A stretch of 64,000 bases of DNA from the human T2T-CHM13v2.0 reference genome, Homo sapiens. The stretch's first letter is position 1. Each line of letters starts with the position of its first letter. Positions 39,546-55,624 of the stretch are shown piece after piece. A program made the translations under genes and the position numbers. Below the pieces are notes generated by a model. It was not told the origin of the DNA, did no database searches, and saw only the letters and a program-made list of their open reading frames with translations. The stretch lies in assembly GCF_009914755.1 (NCBI RefSeq), contig NC_060938.1. One strand, written 5' to 3'.

Positions 39546-39863
39546 AAGATTCTATTTTTCTTTCACAGCACCAAACATGTATTTTAAAAAATTATCTACT
39601 GCCTTGAGGCAGCAGTAAGGAAAAGTGCTTATTGTTCTACAGTGTGATGTAAAGCAGTGAAAAGAGCTGCCTACATCCTCTCCTGGTACAGTCAGCACCT
39701 GTTGAAGTCCTATTGATTTTAATTCAAACCTGCCCAAGGTGATGGCACAGTGCCCCCTCATGCCTCCTCTGTCCCTCTGTCAATAATTTGAAATGTCAAC
39801 CATTTGGAAGGATAAGAGTTTGCAACTTCCATTATGATCCCTCAAGAAAAGCTTTACCTAATA

Positions 39864-39865
<2 letters not shown>

Positions 39866-39910
<45 letters not shown>

Positions 39911-39912
39911 TG
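39866..39912. repeat. (TG)n microsatellite
   Basis: Direct reading. Confidence 0.95.
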
Positions 39913-41855
39913 CTTACACAGCTGCATAAAACCTATATAAGTATTTGTATGTACAAAACACAAACTTTCAGCTCGTATTCTCATTTGCAGTTCACTGTAT
40001 CAAGAAAGGGTTACAGAGGATGGAGCTATGACTACAAGTGACTAGAATTCACTGTGGACCACTCTCAAAGGAAAGCCATTAAAATGGGCTTTTTAAAGTT
40101 ATGTTGCCTTTATTATTTAGAAGACTTAGTCCTCAGTAACAACCATTATGCAAAGTCCTAAGAAAGAAATGCAAGAGGGAAGGCCAGAAAAATGCATATA
40201 TTCTTTATTAGTTTAGTGAGCTTTGTGTACAAAATTAAGTTTAGTTCTCTACTGGACTAAATTAGACTATTTAGTAACATGAGAGGTCTACTTATTTGGT
40301 TATAGGTAGATCTACATCCTGAATTAAAGGCAGTCTTGGTGTTTTGCCTTTAGGCCATCACTCTAGTCTTGGCTCTTAAGCTCTAATTTTCCTGTTCATA
40401 TTGAAGAAATGATGGTTCCCCTGTAGTATTATAACTGACATCATTATTAAAGCATGAACCATAAGAGATATTCTGAGAGTTTTTTCTCTTAAAGAAATGA
40501 AAATGTGAAATTATGGTAGTTATATTATTCCATTAATATCAGTGTTAGAAAAGCATTGAACAGGCTAGTGGGAACGTAGATTTAAAAGAGAAAATCATTT
40601 CTTAACCTTAAAAAGAAGACGCCAGGTCTTAATAATACATCAAAAATCAATAATTGAAATGATCTATTCCAAAACATGTTGTCCTCAAAACACTAGCCTT
40701 TTATTTAAGAAGATGATCTGCTTATTTCAAAAAGTGTGATGCTGCTCCATCTTTCTGCACTTCCCTAAGAAGTCACAATAATTTGATGCTTATGTTACTG
40801 TTCAAAACATTTTTTCAGTTTTTATGGAAAGCTTTGATGCTCCAGATAAATCTCATTGTACAGTAGATCAAAGAGGACAATGCCTTTCGCCAAAGAAGTA
40901 TAACATACCAATTAGCGTTTCATCTATTGGAAGTTATATATATATTTTTCCTTCAATAAGTCCTATCAGTACCTACAATGTGCCCAGAATATGTGATAGG
41001 ACTACGTAGGTGTGTTTTCAGTGACAGGAGAATAGACCTGGGATAGGTAAAATGTGCTGAGAACAAAGGGTGTTAAAGTTCTATCATTATCATAAAATGC
41101 TTTGTATTATTAATAATATTAATACTAATGCCTATTATTAAATATCTATTTTATTCTATGATTTCTTCCTCTTGAAAATATCTCATAAACTAATACAAAA
41201 TGTTAAGTGAATTAAAGAGAGAACTATTCTGTTTCTTCCAGAAATGAAGCTGGAAATCTAAGCTTAAAAGACTAGATTCCAACTTGGAAGAGAGCACCAA
41301 CAGCTACGCATCACTTGAGGTTGTTTAAACAGAGTGCCAGCCAGAAGCATTCTGTAATGCATCAGCAACTTGCCCTCTATGAGAGGGTTCTGAAGTTTGT
41401 GGGAGCTGTATGCGCATCTATAAAGCTGAGGTTCACTCCCCAAGCACTTGGAGTCTGCTTAAGTATTGCATTATTTTTGACTGAGTTCTGATGAAAGTTT
41501 CCTTTCTGTGATTTTATGATCTGCATCAAAGTTGAAGTCATGATTGCGAGTCTTAATTTAGATCTACTGTCACCTGGAGAACATAATTCCCTTGGGATAC
41601 TAGAAGAATTTTAAAAATTTACTAATGCTCATGTTTCTCCCATTTTGCCTAAAAAGTTCTACAGTGCTTTACCTTATATGATAATCTGATACTCAAAGGA
41701 ATATCATGGCAACAAACTTCAAATTTGTTGCTTAGATAAATTATACTCCTTTATTCCAACTGAACTCACCTACTAGATTCGTGCAAATTGATTTGTTTTG
41801 TAATAAATGTCTCAAAAAAAATTAGCAGAATTTCCTTTTGCTCTTTAAAAAAAGG

Positions 41856-42764
<909 letters not shown>

Positions 42765-43475
42765 TGGTAAGAAGGGCTGGCGCTTTCTTAGAACTGGTTT
42801 GTATAATCTTCTTGAACCTGAAGGAGCACCTTTCCTCTCTACCTTAGTATTCAGAGTAAGAGATTTACACACTATGACAGAAACTTTAAATGCATAAGAT
42901 TTATAACTGTGTGTATTTAATAGAAGCAGTGTGCAAGGTTCCGTGCAGAAATAAAGGTTGAGTACATAACAGTTTACTGTGCACTGTTTCCAATACCAAC
43001 AAGATGTAGTTCAAAATCACTTACCTTAGTGTCACAGACAGAGATTTAAATATATGCAGCATCATTCCTAGTTGGAAGACTTAGGCAAGTTACATAATCA
43101 GTTTTCATGTCAGTTACTTCATTTACTTAAATGGATTCTTACAATAACTCTGTGAAGTGTGGAATATTATCCTCATTTTATAAGAAGACAAAAATTGAAG
43201 CTCATTACAACTAGAAAGTGGCAGAGTCAATGTTACAATCCAAGTTTAGTTGATGCCAAAACATCTTTGGTTTCTCCTGTGATTTCTGGAAAAGAGAAAA
43301 CAGTTAAAATTGGTCAGTGATGTAGCATATATGAAAGTGGGGAGCATTATTATTAATAAAGTTAGTATCTACACATAAAACAAAGTTTCATAAATAAAAA
43401 TTATTTCTATTGAAGAACAATTAATATGTGGTTACTTAAATCAACAGAATTTTAACTATCAGCAGGCTTTCAAGA

Positions 43476-43782
<307 letters not shown>

Positions 43783-45174
43783 TAACTTAAAACATTGAGT
43801 TAGGGTATGCAACCAAGTAATATACTGCATTAAAACTATTCAGCCCTACTTATTGCCTTGCTCTGTAATTTCACATTAAATGTTGAAGCAATATGAAGCA
43901 TTATGATTCACAGCTTAGTTTTAGTGACACAGTGCAAGCAAATGTCAGCTCCAGGATGCTCTTGGTTAGTTTATACCTGCCTTATTTATTCAAAACCCAG
44001 ATTTATCTGGTATCTTGATTATACTGTAAATAGAAAAAGGGATACAGGAAATGTCAGTTACACATTACAGATGCCCTATCCCTTTCATTGTTTGCTGTAT
44101 ACCACTTTGAACCTAGTATTGAACACTAGCTTAATAACTCTGAGTTGAGCCAATCAAATTCAAAACATATTCTTGAAACTTAGATGAATTTCTGATAATT
44201 CAAAATCATTGATCCTGCTTTGAACAATGTAGGTTTTTCAGGATATTTGAATTTATTGAATATTTAAGTAGCTAAATTTTCTTAAATTCTTATGGATTCT
44301 TATTGGAAGTCTCAATTATAGAATCAAATACTGTCATTGAAAGGAGCATCAACTCAATAAAGCAGAGAGATCAATGCCATGTCTAAGGATGCTGGTCTAT
44401 TTCCTTTAGGCTGCATTAGCTTACACTGGACTTGAACAGGTTACTGAACTAATGAGTGTTTAATCTTACTGTAATTTATAACATGACAACTTATTGAGGC
44501 TGAAAAAGTGATCAGTTTCAAAAGCTCTCCCTTAATATGTGGGAAGTAGTTTGCACACTGGGCAAGTATAAATCACAAAGTAATAACAGTCGTGTAAGAT
44601 TGTAACAAATATAAATTGCTATGTAAATATTAAATAGATTACACAGTATTTTTAAGCCCTGAAACATCAAATCACTTTGCAAAGAACTAAATGTCAAATG
44701 ACATGGTGTGTGTTTATGCATACTTCTTCTATGGGCCATTATTACAACTTTAGTAACATTGCTTTAAAATTTTCATATCCAGAGCATACTCACTTTTGTT
44801 ATTTACTTTGCTTGGCTTCATTCTCTTTGTTTCAAATAGCAACCTTAATTTTCCACGGAAAATTTTGAAATTTGGGGCTTGAGGCTGCTGTGGTGACTGG
44901 TCACTTGCTCTGTTTGGAGAAATTGCTAAAGAAGGTAAGGAATGGCAAGTACGTTACTAGAGGGTAAGAGTCCTGAAAAAAAAAATGATACCCATTACAG
45001 TTACACCAACATTTGTGTGTAGGAATTTGGTTGATGTTCAAAGGCAAACTTAGAGAGTAAAACTACGTAAATTGACAATATATATCTTGAGGGGTAAATG
45101 TGGAAGGAAACATGGCAGGAGGAAGACTGTCTGGGTAAGTAAGAGATTTTCAGCTGATACCAATACAATGATTA

Positions 45175-45741
45175 TGCCAATATATAGTGAATTCTTATAA
45201 TTTTATGTTGCCTTGGTATCCATTTTGAATATGTTTACATTTTTTATACCAGAAGTAAAGCTTAGTCACTCTTGAAACAGTTTCTAGTCCTACACCAACT
45301 CTCAGTTCCCCGGTGTAATCAATCCAGATATCTGCCTTAAACAACTTCCCGGTTGTGACCACTTCCCTAAGCGACAGCTAGATATAGCCTACTTGACTGG
45401 CCCTGCTAATCTCCACATCCCATACGGACTGTGCAGATATGCAACTGTGACCATTTTCCAGTCACAATGTTACCTCTGAGACTTTGTGTCTGCTTGCTTT
45501 AAACCTACCAAGCAAAACTTCCCATAGGAAATCTGTTTGAATAATGTCCTAGATCCCAATAAAGACATTGATCCACGGTCTCTTTCTCTCTGTCTCTCCA
45601 CCTGCTCCTTAACCCTCATGTGTGTGGCCTCCAGACATGTCTATACCCCTCAAGATCTGTAAATAATAAGCTATTTTCATGTTGTGTCTCTCCTAATCAT
45701 TGAAAGGGTGCTCTCCATCTTAAAGATCCTAAATTAAAACA
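45175..45741 (+). mobile_element. Solo LTR, LTR47-like
   Basis: TG...CA ends, AATAAA ~45558; gcttagtcactcttgaaacagtttc..aatccagatatctgcctta..gacagctagatatagcctacttgactggcc resembles recalled LTR47. Confidence 0.6.
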
Positions 45742-45769
45742 CAGTAGTAAGTATTACCATTATCATCAT

Positions 45770-45980
45770 TATCACTGATATTTCATGTTCCTACTATGTT
45801 GTTGCAGGTCTTTAACATAAGTATTTTCATTTTTAACCCTTACCCTCAATGAGATAGCTTTTTACTCTCATTTTTACAGATGAGTGAGTAATCTGTCAGG
45901 GCAGTTGAGGGAGATCACACAGCAGGTGACTAATGATGGTTTTACATAAACCCAGGAGAGTCCTGTTCTAAAGACAATGC
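45770..45980 (-). mobile_element. MIR
   Basis: ctactatgt...ctcatttttacagatgag...gatcacacagc. Confidence 0.55.
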
Positions 45981-47169
45981 TGCAGATGTACTATCCCCTC
46001 TCCTGACTGCATCTGTGCCATGCCGTTTGAAATAGCTTGCCTTTCTTATCATTTCAAGTGTCTTAGACCTCAAATATCTTCTTCTACTTTTCCCCCAGAG
46101 CACACAAATTTACCTCACATGCAAAGTCACTGATTGGCCTAGGGTGACTACTGTTGACTTAGCACACACTGGGATTTTTTTTAAAATTTTATTTTCTTGC
46201 ACCACTTTGACAGAGCAAACAATTTGCTTCTTCTTTCAAGGCTGGAATGGAGTACAGTGTTTATTTGTTTCCACTATATCTGACTAAAACACAGGGATAG
46301 AACTGGCTATGTGCTGGTGTTGAGAATGAAAAGGCATCAGAGAAGGGACTTCAGATGACAAAGGTATTTCAGAGCATGGCATGTTATCAGAAACACGATG
46401 TTCTTTAGGCAAGAGAAAAGGATAAAGAAACGAACGTAAAATAAAAACTATGAGGAAAATGTCTCCTAATTTTCAAAATTCAACAAAAGCAAATCATCAA
46501 GGAAGTTCATGGGGGCACTCTGAAGGACTGGCTGGGATTAGTACTAAAATTACAGAACACAATTCCAGCATTTAACAGGAGTAGTAAAACAAGACATATC
46601 TGATATGGAAACTAAGTCAAGGATTGCCTCAGTCCACAAAGGAAATTCTATTCGTAAGAAATAATTGAAGAGGCCATTTCCTAAAATCAGAGTATAGATT
46701 AGAGAAATTGACTTGATTTCCAGCTGTCAATATAGCTATCTTTGGCTGACTTATACAGCTGAGCAAGAGGAAGTTCCTCTTCCATAGGTAGAAACTATAC
46801 AAAACTAAGTGATTTAGCTTTATGCAACATGCATCAGAGAAAGGCAGTTATGACATTAAGCATTTTGATGATAAACTCAATTTCTGTTTTGATATTCAAT
46901 AATCTGCAGATGCAAGCTTTTTGCCAATAACAAGAAATTACTAACATTATTTATAGTTGTATTCCTAAATGGTAAATGTTTGGATGTTTGCATTTTAAGT
47001 AAAAGTCAAAATAAAATAATTATTTCTACTACAAATGTTTTCAGAGTAGTCTTTGATTTTAAACCTGAATGCTTTTTTTGTTGTTTTAGTTATATCTTTG
47101 TTGACTGTATGTATCCTCATACCTAAACAATTAATGTGAAATCATAAAAGTTGGCGTTTAATAATGTTA

Positions 47170-47380
47170 ATAAAATGACAATAGCTATCATTTAAGGGCT
47201 TGATGAGACTGACTGTGATAAGTGCCAAAACACAGAATTACCATACTTAAGCCTTACAACAGCCTGTCTTGAAGGTTACCTTTATTAATTCCTGGAGAGG
47301 CTCAGGAAATTTGTCCATAGTTTCAGCTAACAAAAAGGTATATTAGACTCACACCTAGACTGAAAGCTTTATACTTATTA
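47170..47380 (-). mobile_element. MIR, diverged
   Basis: atagctatcatttaagggctt...actgtgataagtgc...ccttacaacagcctg...gagaggctcaggaaatttgtcca. Confidence 0.5.
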
Positions 47381-48230
47381 TAAAATGTAGATACATGCTA
47401 TGCCAATATAAGGTTCTTAATCAACTTCAATTTCATTATGCAATTGTATAGAAAACAGTCAACTTTTCACTGGAATGAGAGGGAGGACAATTATTAGTAT
47501 CAAGCTGTCTTGTCCTTTTACCTACTCACAAAGACAATATAAAATTTAGTTAAAATATTACAATCAACTTGAGTAAAAAAAGGCATCATCCATGGTTTTC
47601 TAATTCACTATTTTCTTTATTTTGCTATTTTAAACCAAAATATGTCTTTTTTATAAAAACTTAATACTTTTGCTTTTTTTTTTTACTTTTTAAAAGCATA
47701 CTAGAAACATTTGAAGTTTTGAAAGGTTACTACAAGATAGCTGAAAAATTTACTTTATCTGGAAAGGAAAATCTTGGAACATTAGCATAAAATAATTAAA
47801 GTAACTAAGCAGGAAAAACAAGATAATCCTACTAAATAAGTTCGATTTCACATGGTAATTGATTTTGCTGTTTCAAAATGTTTGTAAATGTTATAATATT
47901 GAACTGGGCTTGATCTACGTTGCTCCATTACATGTTTAATTTAATAACAATAAACTTTATTCTATGCTTTCTTCCTATTTTCCAGTACCCAATTTCTCAA
48001 AATTTTATGAAGGCCGGAAAATGTTTATTTACCACAGCACATATAAGACAGCTGGGATCCAACAAGTCTACAAGCTATCCAGCTGAAGAGGTAGCCTCAG
48101 GTTAAGTTCTTTGGTATGAATTCTTCTGAGATTCTTAGAGGACCTTCTTGCTTTGTTCCTTGAGCCCCAATTTAAGACTATTGCTGGAATTAGAAACTAA
48201 CAACAACAACAAAAATATTCACTGTCACTT

Positions 48231-48928
48231 TGTCGTGAGTGGCACAAGATCAGACATAACCAGATCCATGCACATTTGTGTATTTTCACAGTCAGAATTT
48301 TACTATTTCAGTAATAGAAGCTATGAGCCACCTGGAATTTTTTCCCAAGGAGGCAATTCTTCTTGGTACTACCCACCACTCAGCACTAAGATCCATGGGT
48401 ACATAGGCTCAAGCCACTCCACAAGTCAGTCAATATTGCAAACCACACGTAATAGTATATTTAATCAATATATAACTGTTAGAGATTAAAATTTCAAACC
48501 AAACTGTAGCATTTGACATCAAGAGAAAAAGATGATTAAAAAGGTGTTAATGAGCCAGTCCAAGGAGAGTGACATGGACAAGGAGAGTGTCCTCACCTGA
48601 TCCAGACAGTCATCAACGTCTTGCAAAGAAGAATCCTTGATTTAGGCAGAGTCTTCAGCGGCAGATATGAGGTGCTGCTGATCATGAATGATGAAAAGAC
48701 AGGGGCTATCAAGAAGGCCATGTCTACCTGCTGAATTTCTGCTCATTTTATGAACCTTGAGTCCTCTGGTGAGAATTGATAGTAAAGGGTTACACCCTTA
48801 TCTGATTTGGTATTATCTCTACTGACTAGGCAAACATCTGGACCCTATTGGCTTGATGGCTTTTGAAACGTAAGATGGAGTCTTTTTCTAAGACAGACTC
48901 ACTATGTCAAGGGAACTCACTTATTACA
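48231..48928 (-). mobile_element. MER76-like (ERVL) solo LTR
   Basis: Reverse strand begins tgtaataag..cccttgacatagtgagtctgtcttagaaaaagactccatcttac, similar to recalled MER76; this explains ORF 48148..48489. Confidence 0.6.
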
Positions 48929-49066
48929 TTCTCCATGTCATGTAATAATATATTTTCAAGAGGAAAGGTGCCTTAAAAACAATCTACTTTCATCATTTGC
49001 TTTTAAAAATTGAGGAAAATGGGAAATGACATAATTTGTTGACTTACTTGAAACCCACTTAGCTAA

Positions 49067-51121
49067 ACTACGGTCTGAATAAATGTGTTCCCTGAAAATT
49101 TATATGTTAAATCTCATCCCTCAAGTTGATGCTGTTAGTTGGTGAGGGTCTTTGGGGGTTGTTGGACCATGAGGGTAGAGACTTCATGAATAAATTAGTG
49201 TCTTTATAAAAGAGAGTGCAGGGAGATTCCTCTGCCATTCTGCCAACTTCAGCAAGAAGTTGTCTGTTTGCAACCCAGGCAAGAGCTGTCACTAGAACTC
49301 AGCTAGGCTGGCACACTAATCTCAGACTTCTAGCCTCCAGAATTATGAAATAAATTTCTACTTAAAAAAATACTATACCCAGTCTTTAGCATTTTGTTAT
49401 AGCAGCCCAAATAAACTAAGACGGAAAATTGATACCAAGAAGTGGAGAGGTGATGTAACAAATGCATTAAAATGTGGAAGTGGTTTCAGAACTAGTAATG
49501 GGTAAAGGCTGGAAGACTTTTGAAGTGCAGGTTAGAAAAAGTCCACATTACCATGAACAAATTGTTTAGGGAAATTTGGAAAAGGCTTAGAAGGAGAGGA
49601 GGAGTGATTTAGGGAAAGTCTCTATTGACTTGGAGAATACCTGAGATATTTTGAACACAATATTGTTAGAAATATAGATGGTAAAGGCCATTCTGATGAG
49701 GTTTCAGACAGAAATTAGAAACATGTTATTGTATTTTAGAGAAGAGGCAATTCTTGCTATAAAGTGACAAAGAACTTGGTTGAATTATGTCTGCATCCTA
49801 GTGTTTTGTGAAAGGGTAGAAATGGTGCATAGTGAAATTGGATATTTGACGGAGGAAATTTCTAAGCAAAATATTTATGAATGGCCTTGCTCCTCTTGAC
49901 TGCTTATGTTAAAATGAGAGAATAAAGAAATGATTTAAAGACAGAATTGTTCATCAAAAGGGAAACAGAACTTAAAAATTAGGAAAATTCTCAGTCTATC
50001 CATATCGCAAAAATAAGAAAGCCTGTGTGAAAGAGAATAAGAGTGTGGTAAAAAGAATAAAGTTCAGCCATCTCAACTGAAGCTAGAAGCTATTGATCAA
50101 GACAATGTGGAAATTAGCCAGCCATGTAAACAAAAACGAGGACCTATTTTCTAAGACTATGGAAGAAAATGGAAATCATCAGTGCTGCCCCTCCTGTCAA
50201 AGGTCCAGCTTGCAAGAGTTATATTCCTATGATCTTAAATGGGTAAAGCCACTGGCAGGCAATTCTGAGCAAGGAGACCTTTAGGCACATGACTTAACCC
50301 ATGAAAGCTGCAGTTTGGGTTGTGTTCAGCAAAACTGTGGTCATTGGCTCCAGCAGGTCTAAAGGACAGAGGGCCAAATTAAAAAAAAAAAATACATATA
50401 TATATTCATATTCTTGAGCCTTAAGGGTTTAGATTTGCTAGAGACATTTCACTCTCTTCTTCTTTCAAATTTCTTTCTTTTTGAGTGGGAGTATCTATCC
50501 TATGCCAGAACCACAATTGTATTTTAGAGGCACATTATATGTTTAATTTCACAAGTTCACAGATGGAGAATAATTTGCCTCAGAATGAATTGTACCCTAA
50601 GTCTCACCCCTATCTGACATAGGTAATATTTAGATGAGACTTTGGGCTTTAAACTTTTTAGTTACTGCTGGAACAAGTTAATACTTTGGAGACAATAGAC
50701 TGAAATGAATGGGAAGAGTATTGCATCTGAGAAGATAATGAATTTTGGGATCCAGGGACAATAATATGTTCTGAATGTTTATGTCCTCCCTAAAATTAAT
50801 ATGTTGAAAACTAAATCACCAAGTGATGGTATTAGAAGGTCAAGTCTTTGGGAAGTGAAAAGGTGATTAGGGCAGAGCCTTCATGAGTGGGATCAGTGCT
50901 TTTAAAAAAGAGGCTTCAGGGGGATCCCTCCTCACTCCTTCTGCCGTGTGCGGTTTCAATGAGAAGACTGTCTATGAATCAGGAAACTGTCCCTCATCAA
51001 ACACCCAATATGCTGGTACCTTGATTGTTAACTTCCCAGCCTCTGAATATGAGAAATAAATTTCTGGGGTTTAAAAACTATCAGGGTATGCTAGTTATAG
51101 ATGCTTGAATGTACTAAGTCA
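49067..51121 (+). mobile_element. Complete MLT1A-type MaLR (LTR 49067-49423, internal, LTR ~50762-51121)
   Basis: Two homologous LTRs ending actaagacg / actaagtca; internal starts gaaaattgatacc; putative 5-bp TSD agcta / aggta. Confidence 0.88.
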
Positions 51122-51578
51122 AGGTAGGACCCACATTTTCTGATGTCCAGGCAACAGTCAAATTCTATTTCCTTTCTTTCTGAACTTGATAATCAAAATT
51201 CAATGATACAAGTTTATTTCACAAATTGCCACATTTACATACTAAATTTTAAATAAGACGAATTTTATGAGAATCTCTTATCTTAAACAGAAGACATAAA
51301 AATCATAAAATGTTTAGGATTTTTGACCTACAAGTAGATTAATTATATTAATCCTTGAGAATTAAATAGAAATGAAAAGGAGATGTTGGAAAAATGTAAA
51401 ATGGCATTAAAATCAGTTTTTTTTCAGCATAGTGTGAATATTAAACTTTGTGGAAATAGATCATTTTCATCATCATATTTTGTCTCACAAGTCCCCTGTA
51501 AAAAAGGAGAACATCTTTAAGGGCATCTGAAGTTGTTTTGGATTCTCCCCCATACCCCTCAAAAATGATTTACATCTA

Positions 51579-52021
51579 TATATTAGTTTCCTATTGCTGA
51601 GGTAACAAAATGTATTCTTTTATAGTTCTGGAGGCCAGAGGTCCAAATTCCTTCTCAGGGGCATTGGCTGGGGTAGTTCTCTCTGATGACTTTAAGGGAA
51701 AATTCATTTCTTGTCTTTCCTGGCTGATAGAAGGCACCCACATGTCTCAGTTTGGGGTCCCCTTCTCTGCACTACACTAACCTCTTGCTTTCCTTCCCTT
51801 CATCACACCTCCTACTACTCTTCTGATCCCCTTGCATCACTCTTACCAGGACCTTGCACTCATATTTGCTTTACTTTAATTATCTAGGTTAATCTCAGGA
51901 TCTCAAGATTCTGAATTCAATCACATCCTCAAAATCTCTTTACCCACATAAGATAACATATTACAGGCACCGAGGATTAGGGTGTGTTATTTTTGGAAGG
52001 CGGCATTCTTCAGATTACCAG
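51579..52021 (-). mobile_element. MLT1C/D-like MaLR LTR
   Basis: tattagtttcctattgctg..taacaaa...agttctggaggccagaggtccaaa...ggattagggtgtg. Confidence 0.75.
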
Positions 52022-52217
52022 GATCTACCATGAACTTGATACTTAATCTTGTCTTAAAGGTAAGATTTTAAGTACTTTTAAACTACTTAAAACTACTTAT
52101 TTTAGCTATGCTTCATGGATTTCACAAGTATTGGTGCTTAAATCTTGTTCATTTTTCTGCTGTAACCTCAGTTGGCCCTTCCAACTACAACATTAACTGT
52201 GAGTGAGTGAGTGATAG

Positions 52218-53801
52218 TGAGAGGTGACAGCGTGCTGGCAGTCCTCACAGACCTCGCTCCCTCTCGGCGCCTCCTCTGCCTGGGCTCCCACTTTGGCGGC
52301 ACTTGAGGGACCCTTCAGCCCATCACTGCACTGTGGGAGCCCCTTTCTGTGCTGGCCAAGGACAGAGCCGGCTCCCTCAGCTTGCAAGGAGGTGTGGAAG
52401 GAGAGGCGCGAGCGGGAACCGGGGCTGCGCGCGGCGCTTGCGGGCCAGCTGGAGTTCCAGGTAGGCGTGGGCTTGGCAGGCCCCGCACTCGGAGCAGCCG
52501 GCCGGCCCTGCGGGCCCTGGGCAATGAGGGATTTAGCACCCGGGCCAGCGGCTGCGGAAGGTGTACTGGGTCCCCCAGCAGTGCCAGCCCACCGGCGCTG
52601 CGCTCGATTTCTCGCCGGGCCTTAGCTGCCTTCCCGCGGGGCAGGCCTCAGGACTGCAGCCTGCCATGCCTGAGCCTTCCCCCGCCTCCGTGGGTACCTA
52701 TGCAGCCCGAGCCTCCCTGACGAGCGCCGCCCCCTGCTCCACGGCGCCCAGTCCCATCGACCACCCAAGGGTTGAGGAGTGCGAGCGCATGCAGGACTGG
52801 CAGGCAGCTCCACCTACAGCACCGGTGCGGGATCCACTGGGTGAAGCCAGCTAGGCTCCTGAGTCTGGTGGGGACGTGGAGAGTCTTTATGTCTAGCTCA
52901 AGGATTGTAAATACACCAATCCACACTCTGTATCTAGCTCAAGGTTTGTAAACACACCAATCAGCACCCTGTGTCTAGCTCAAGGTTTGTGAGTGCACCA
53001 ATGGACACTCTGTATCTAGCTGCTCTGGTGGGGCCTTGGAGAACCTTTATGTCTAGCTCAAGGATTGTAAATATGCCAATCAGCACTCTGTCTAGCTCAA
53101 GGTTTGTGAACACACCAATCAGCACCCTTTGTCTAGCTCAGGGTTTGTGAGTGCACAAATCGACACTCTGTATCTAGCTGCTCTGGTAAGGCCTTGGAGA
53201 ACCTTTATGTCCATACTCTATATCTAACCAATCTGATAAGGACGTGGAGAACCTTTGGGTCTAGCTCAGGGATTGTAAACGCACCAATCAGCACCCTGTC
53301 AAAACAGACCACTCGGCTCTACCAATCAGCAGGTTGTAGGTAGGGCCAGATAAGAGAATAAAAGCAGGCTGCCGGAGCCAGCAGTGGCAACCCGCTCAGG
53401 TCCTCTTCCACGCTGTGGAAGCTTTGTTCTTTCCCTCTTTGCAATAAATCTTGCTACTGCTCACTCTTTAGGTCCACAGTGCTTTTATGAGCTGTAACAC
53501 TCACCACGAAGATCTGCAGCTTCACTCCTGAAGCCAGCGAGACCATGAGCCCACCGGGAAGAACGAACAACTCCAGACGCGCCGCCTTAAGAGCTGTAAC
53601 ACTCACCGCGAAGGTCTGCAGCTTCACTCCTGAGCCAGCGAGACCACGAACCCACCAGAAGGAAGAAACTCCGAACACATCTGAACATCAGAAAGAACAA
53701 ACTCCAGACGCGCCACCTTAAGAGCTGTAACACTCACCGCAGGGGTCCGCGGCTTCGTTCTTGAAGTCAGTGAGACCAAGAACCCACCAATTCCAGACAC
53801 A
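52218..53801 (+). mobile_element. LTR12C solo LTR (ERV9)
   Basis: Starts tgagaggtgacagcgtgctggcagtcctcacag and ends gaacccaccaattccagacaca; CpG-rich 5' part; tctagctca / ccaatcagcac tandem repeats; ATAG TSD at 52214-52217 and 53802-53805. Confidence 0.97.
52870..53365 (+). promoter_or_regulatory. LTR12C U3 enhancer/promoter repeats (8 CCAAT boxes, TATC/GATA motifs, AATAAAA TATA-like box)
   Basis: CCAAT counted by eye between 52916 and 53326; gataagagaataaaagc at ~53349-53365. NF-Y/GATA binding is established for ERV9 LTRs; activity at this locus is not shown. Confidence 0.75.
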
Positions 53802-54912
53802 ATAGGATTTGTTGCAACAGAAATCCTTCGATAAAAGGTCAGTATTAATCCTGTAAGCTAACGCATTATCTTAGTTGTTCATTAACAATCAAAATATGAC
53901 TATGAACTGAGACGTATGAACCTGCATGTAAAATTTTTCTTATTAGAAGATGATTGTTTCAGAAGCTTGTTGACTCCTCCACATTTTTCAAATTCATACA
54001 AAAATTTGTGCTAAGTAAAACAGATAATACATAAGTAGATAAAAGTAATAATTAACCTTAATGAAAAACCTTAGGATGGGCATTACATTTCAAAACCAAA
54101 TATTTTTAAATGCATATATTTCATATTTCATGTACCAATTTTATTCCTAGAGAAACATTAGCGCAGCGTAATTTTTTCCATGTTTTGTCTTTCATTTACT
54201 GTGTTCATGTAGATATGAGTCTATACTCATAAAGAGGTGTAGATACTTGCACTACTTTTCTGCAGTTGTTTAGAATACAGAGATCTTATATGAAGAGAAC
54301 ATTTGTTGATTACGTTTAAGAAGTTATGTCTTCTTAAATCAATATGAAAGTGTATATATATATATATATATGTTTTGTAGGAATTTGTTACAGGCTGCCT
54401 ATGTGCATAAACCTGTGTATAAGATACTGGGAGAAGGGAGAGTCTTTAAACATAAGTTGAGACTTTGTCACACATATCTTTATGCCCCTGGAAATAAGTG
54501 CTTCATACCAACAAGCATATAAAATTAATATTAGATCATGAATCATGAGAAAGAAGGTGGGAGATGGATAAGGAGAAAGTGGAAAATGAGAGAATGAAGG
54601 AAAACTGGGATTAGACACTCTGTTCTAAGCTAGACCACTGCCATTATGTTAAATATTTTAAAGTTCATCTCCAGGAGCATGTTATCAATAGAGATCTCTC
54701 TATATCTGGAGACATGGTGGTAAGATTGATGAAAAGTTGAGTGCTTTTCAATTAGCATGCTTCATAGTAGACTTTCCTGTACCCAGAATAAGATTCTTTT
54801 AGTTTGAATTATTCTAAAGACACTTAAAATCAAAGGAAAAATAGAATGCAGAGTGGTCAAGTTTGTTTTCATAAAAAAGTGCCATTGTCTTAAATCAGAG
54901 CAAGTAACATCA

Positions 54913-55624
<712 letters not shown>

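Noticed and set aside
47970-48110. Possible cassette exon (ttcttcctattttccag ... cag|gttaag)
   Set aside because: The donor is weak and there is no supporting coding similarity; it cannot be supported without transcript data.
52870-53330. CRISPR-like repeat/spacer appearance
   Set aside because: These are the standard LTR12 U3 tandem repeats; the 'spacers' are themselves repeated and the DNA is primate.
52193-53678. Cluster of overlapping GC-rich ORFs
   Set aside because: All lie within LTR12C; high GC content depletes stop codons.
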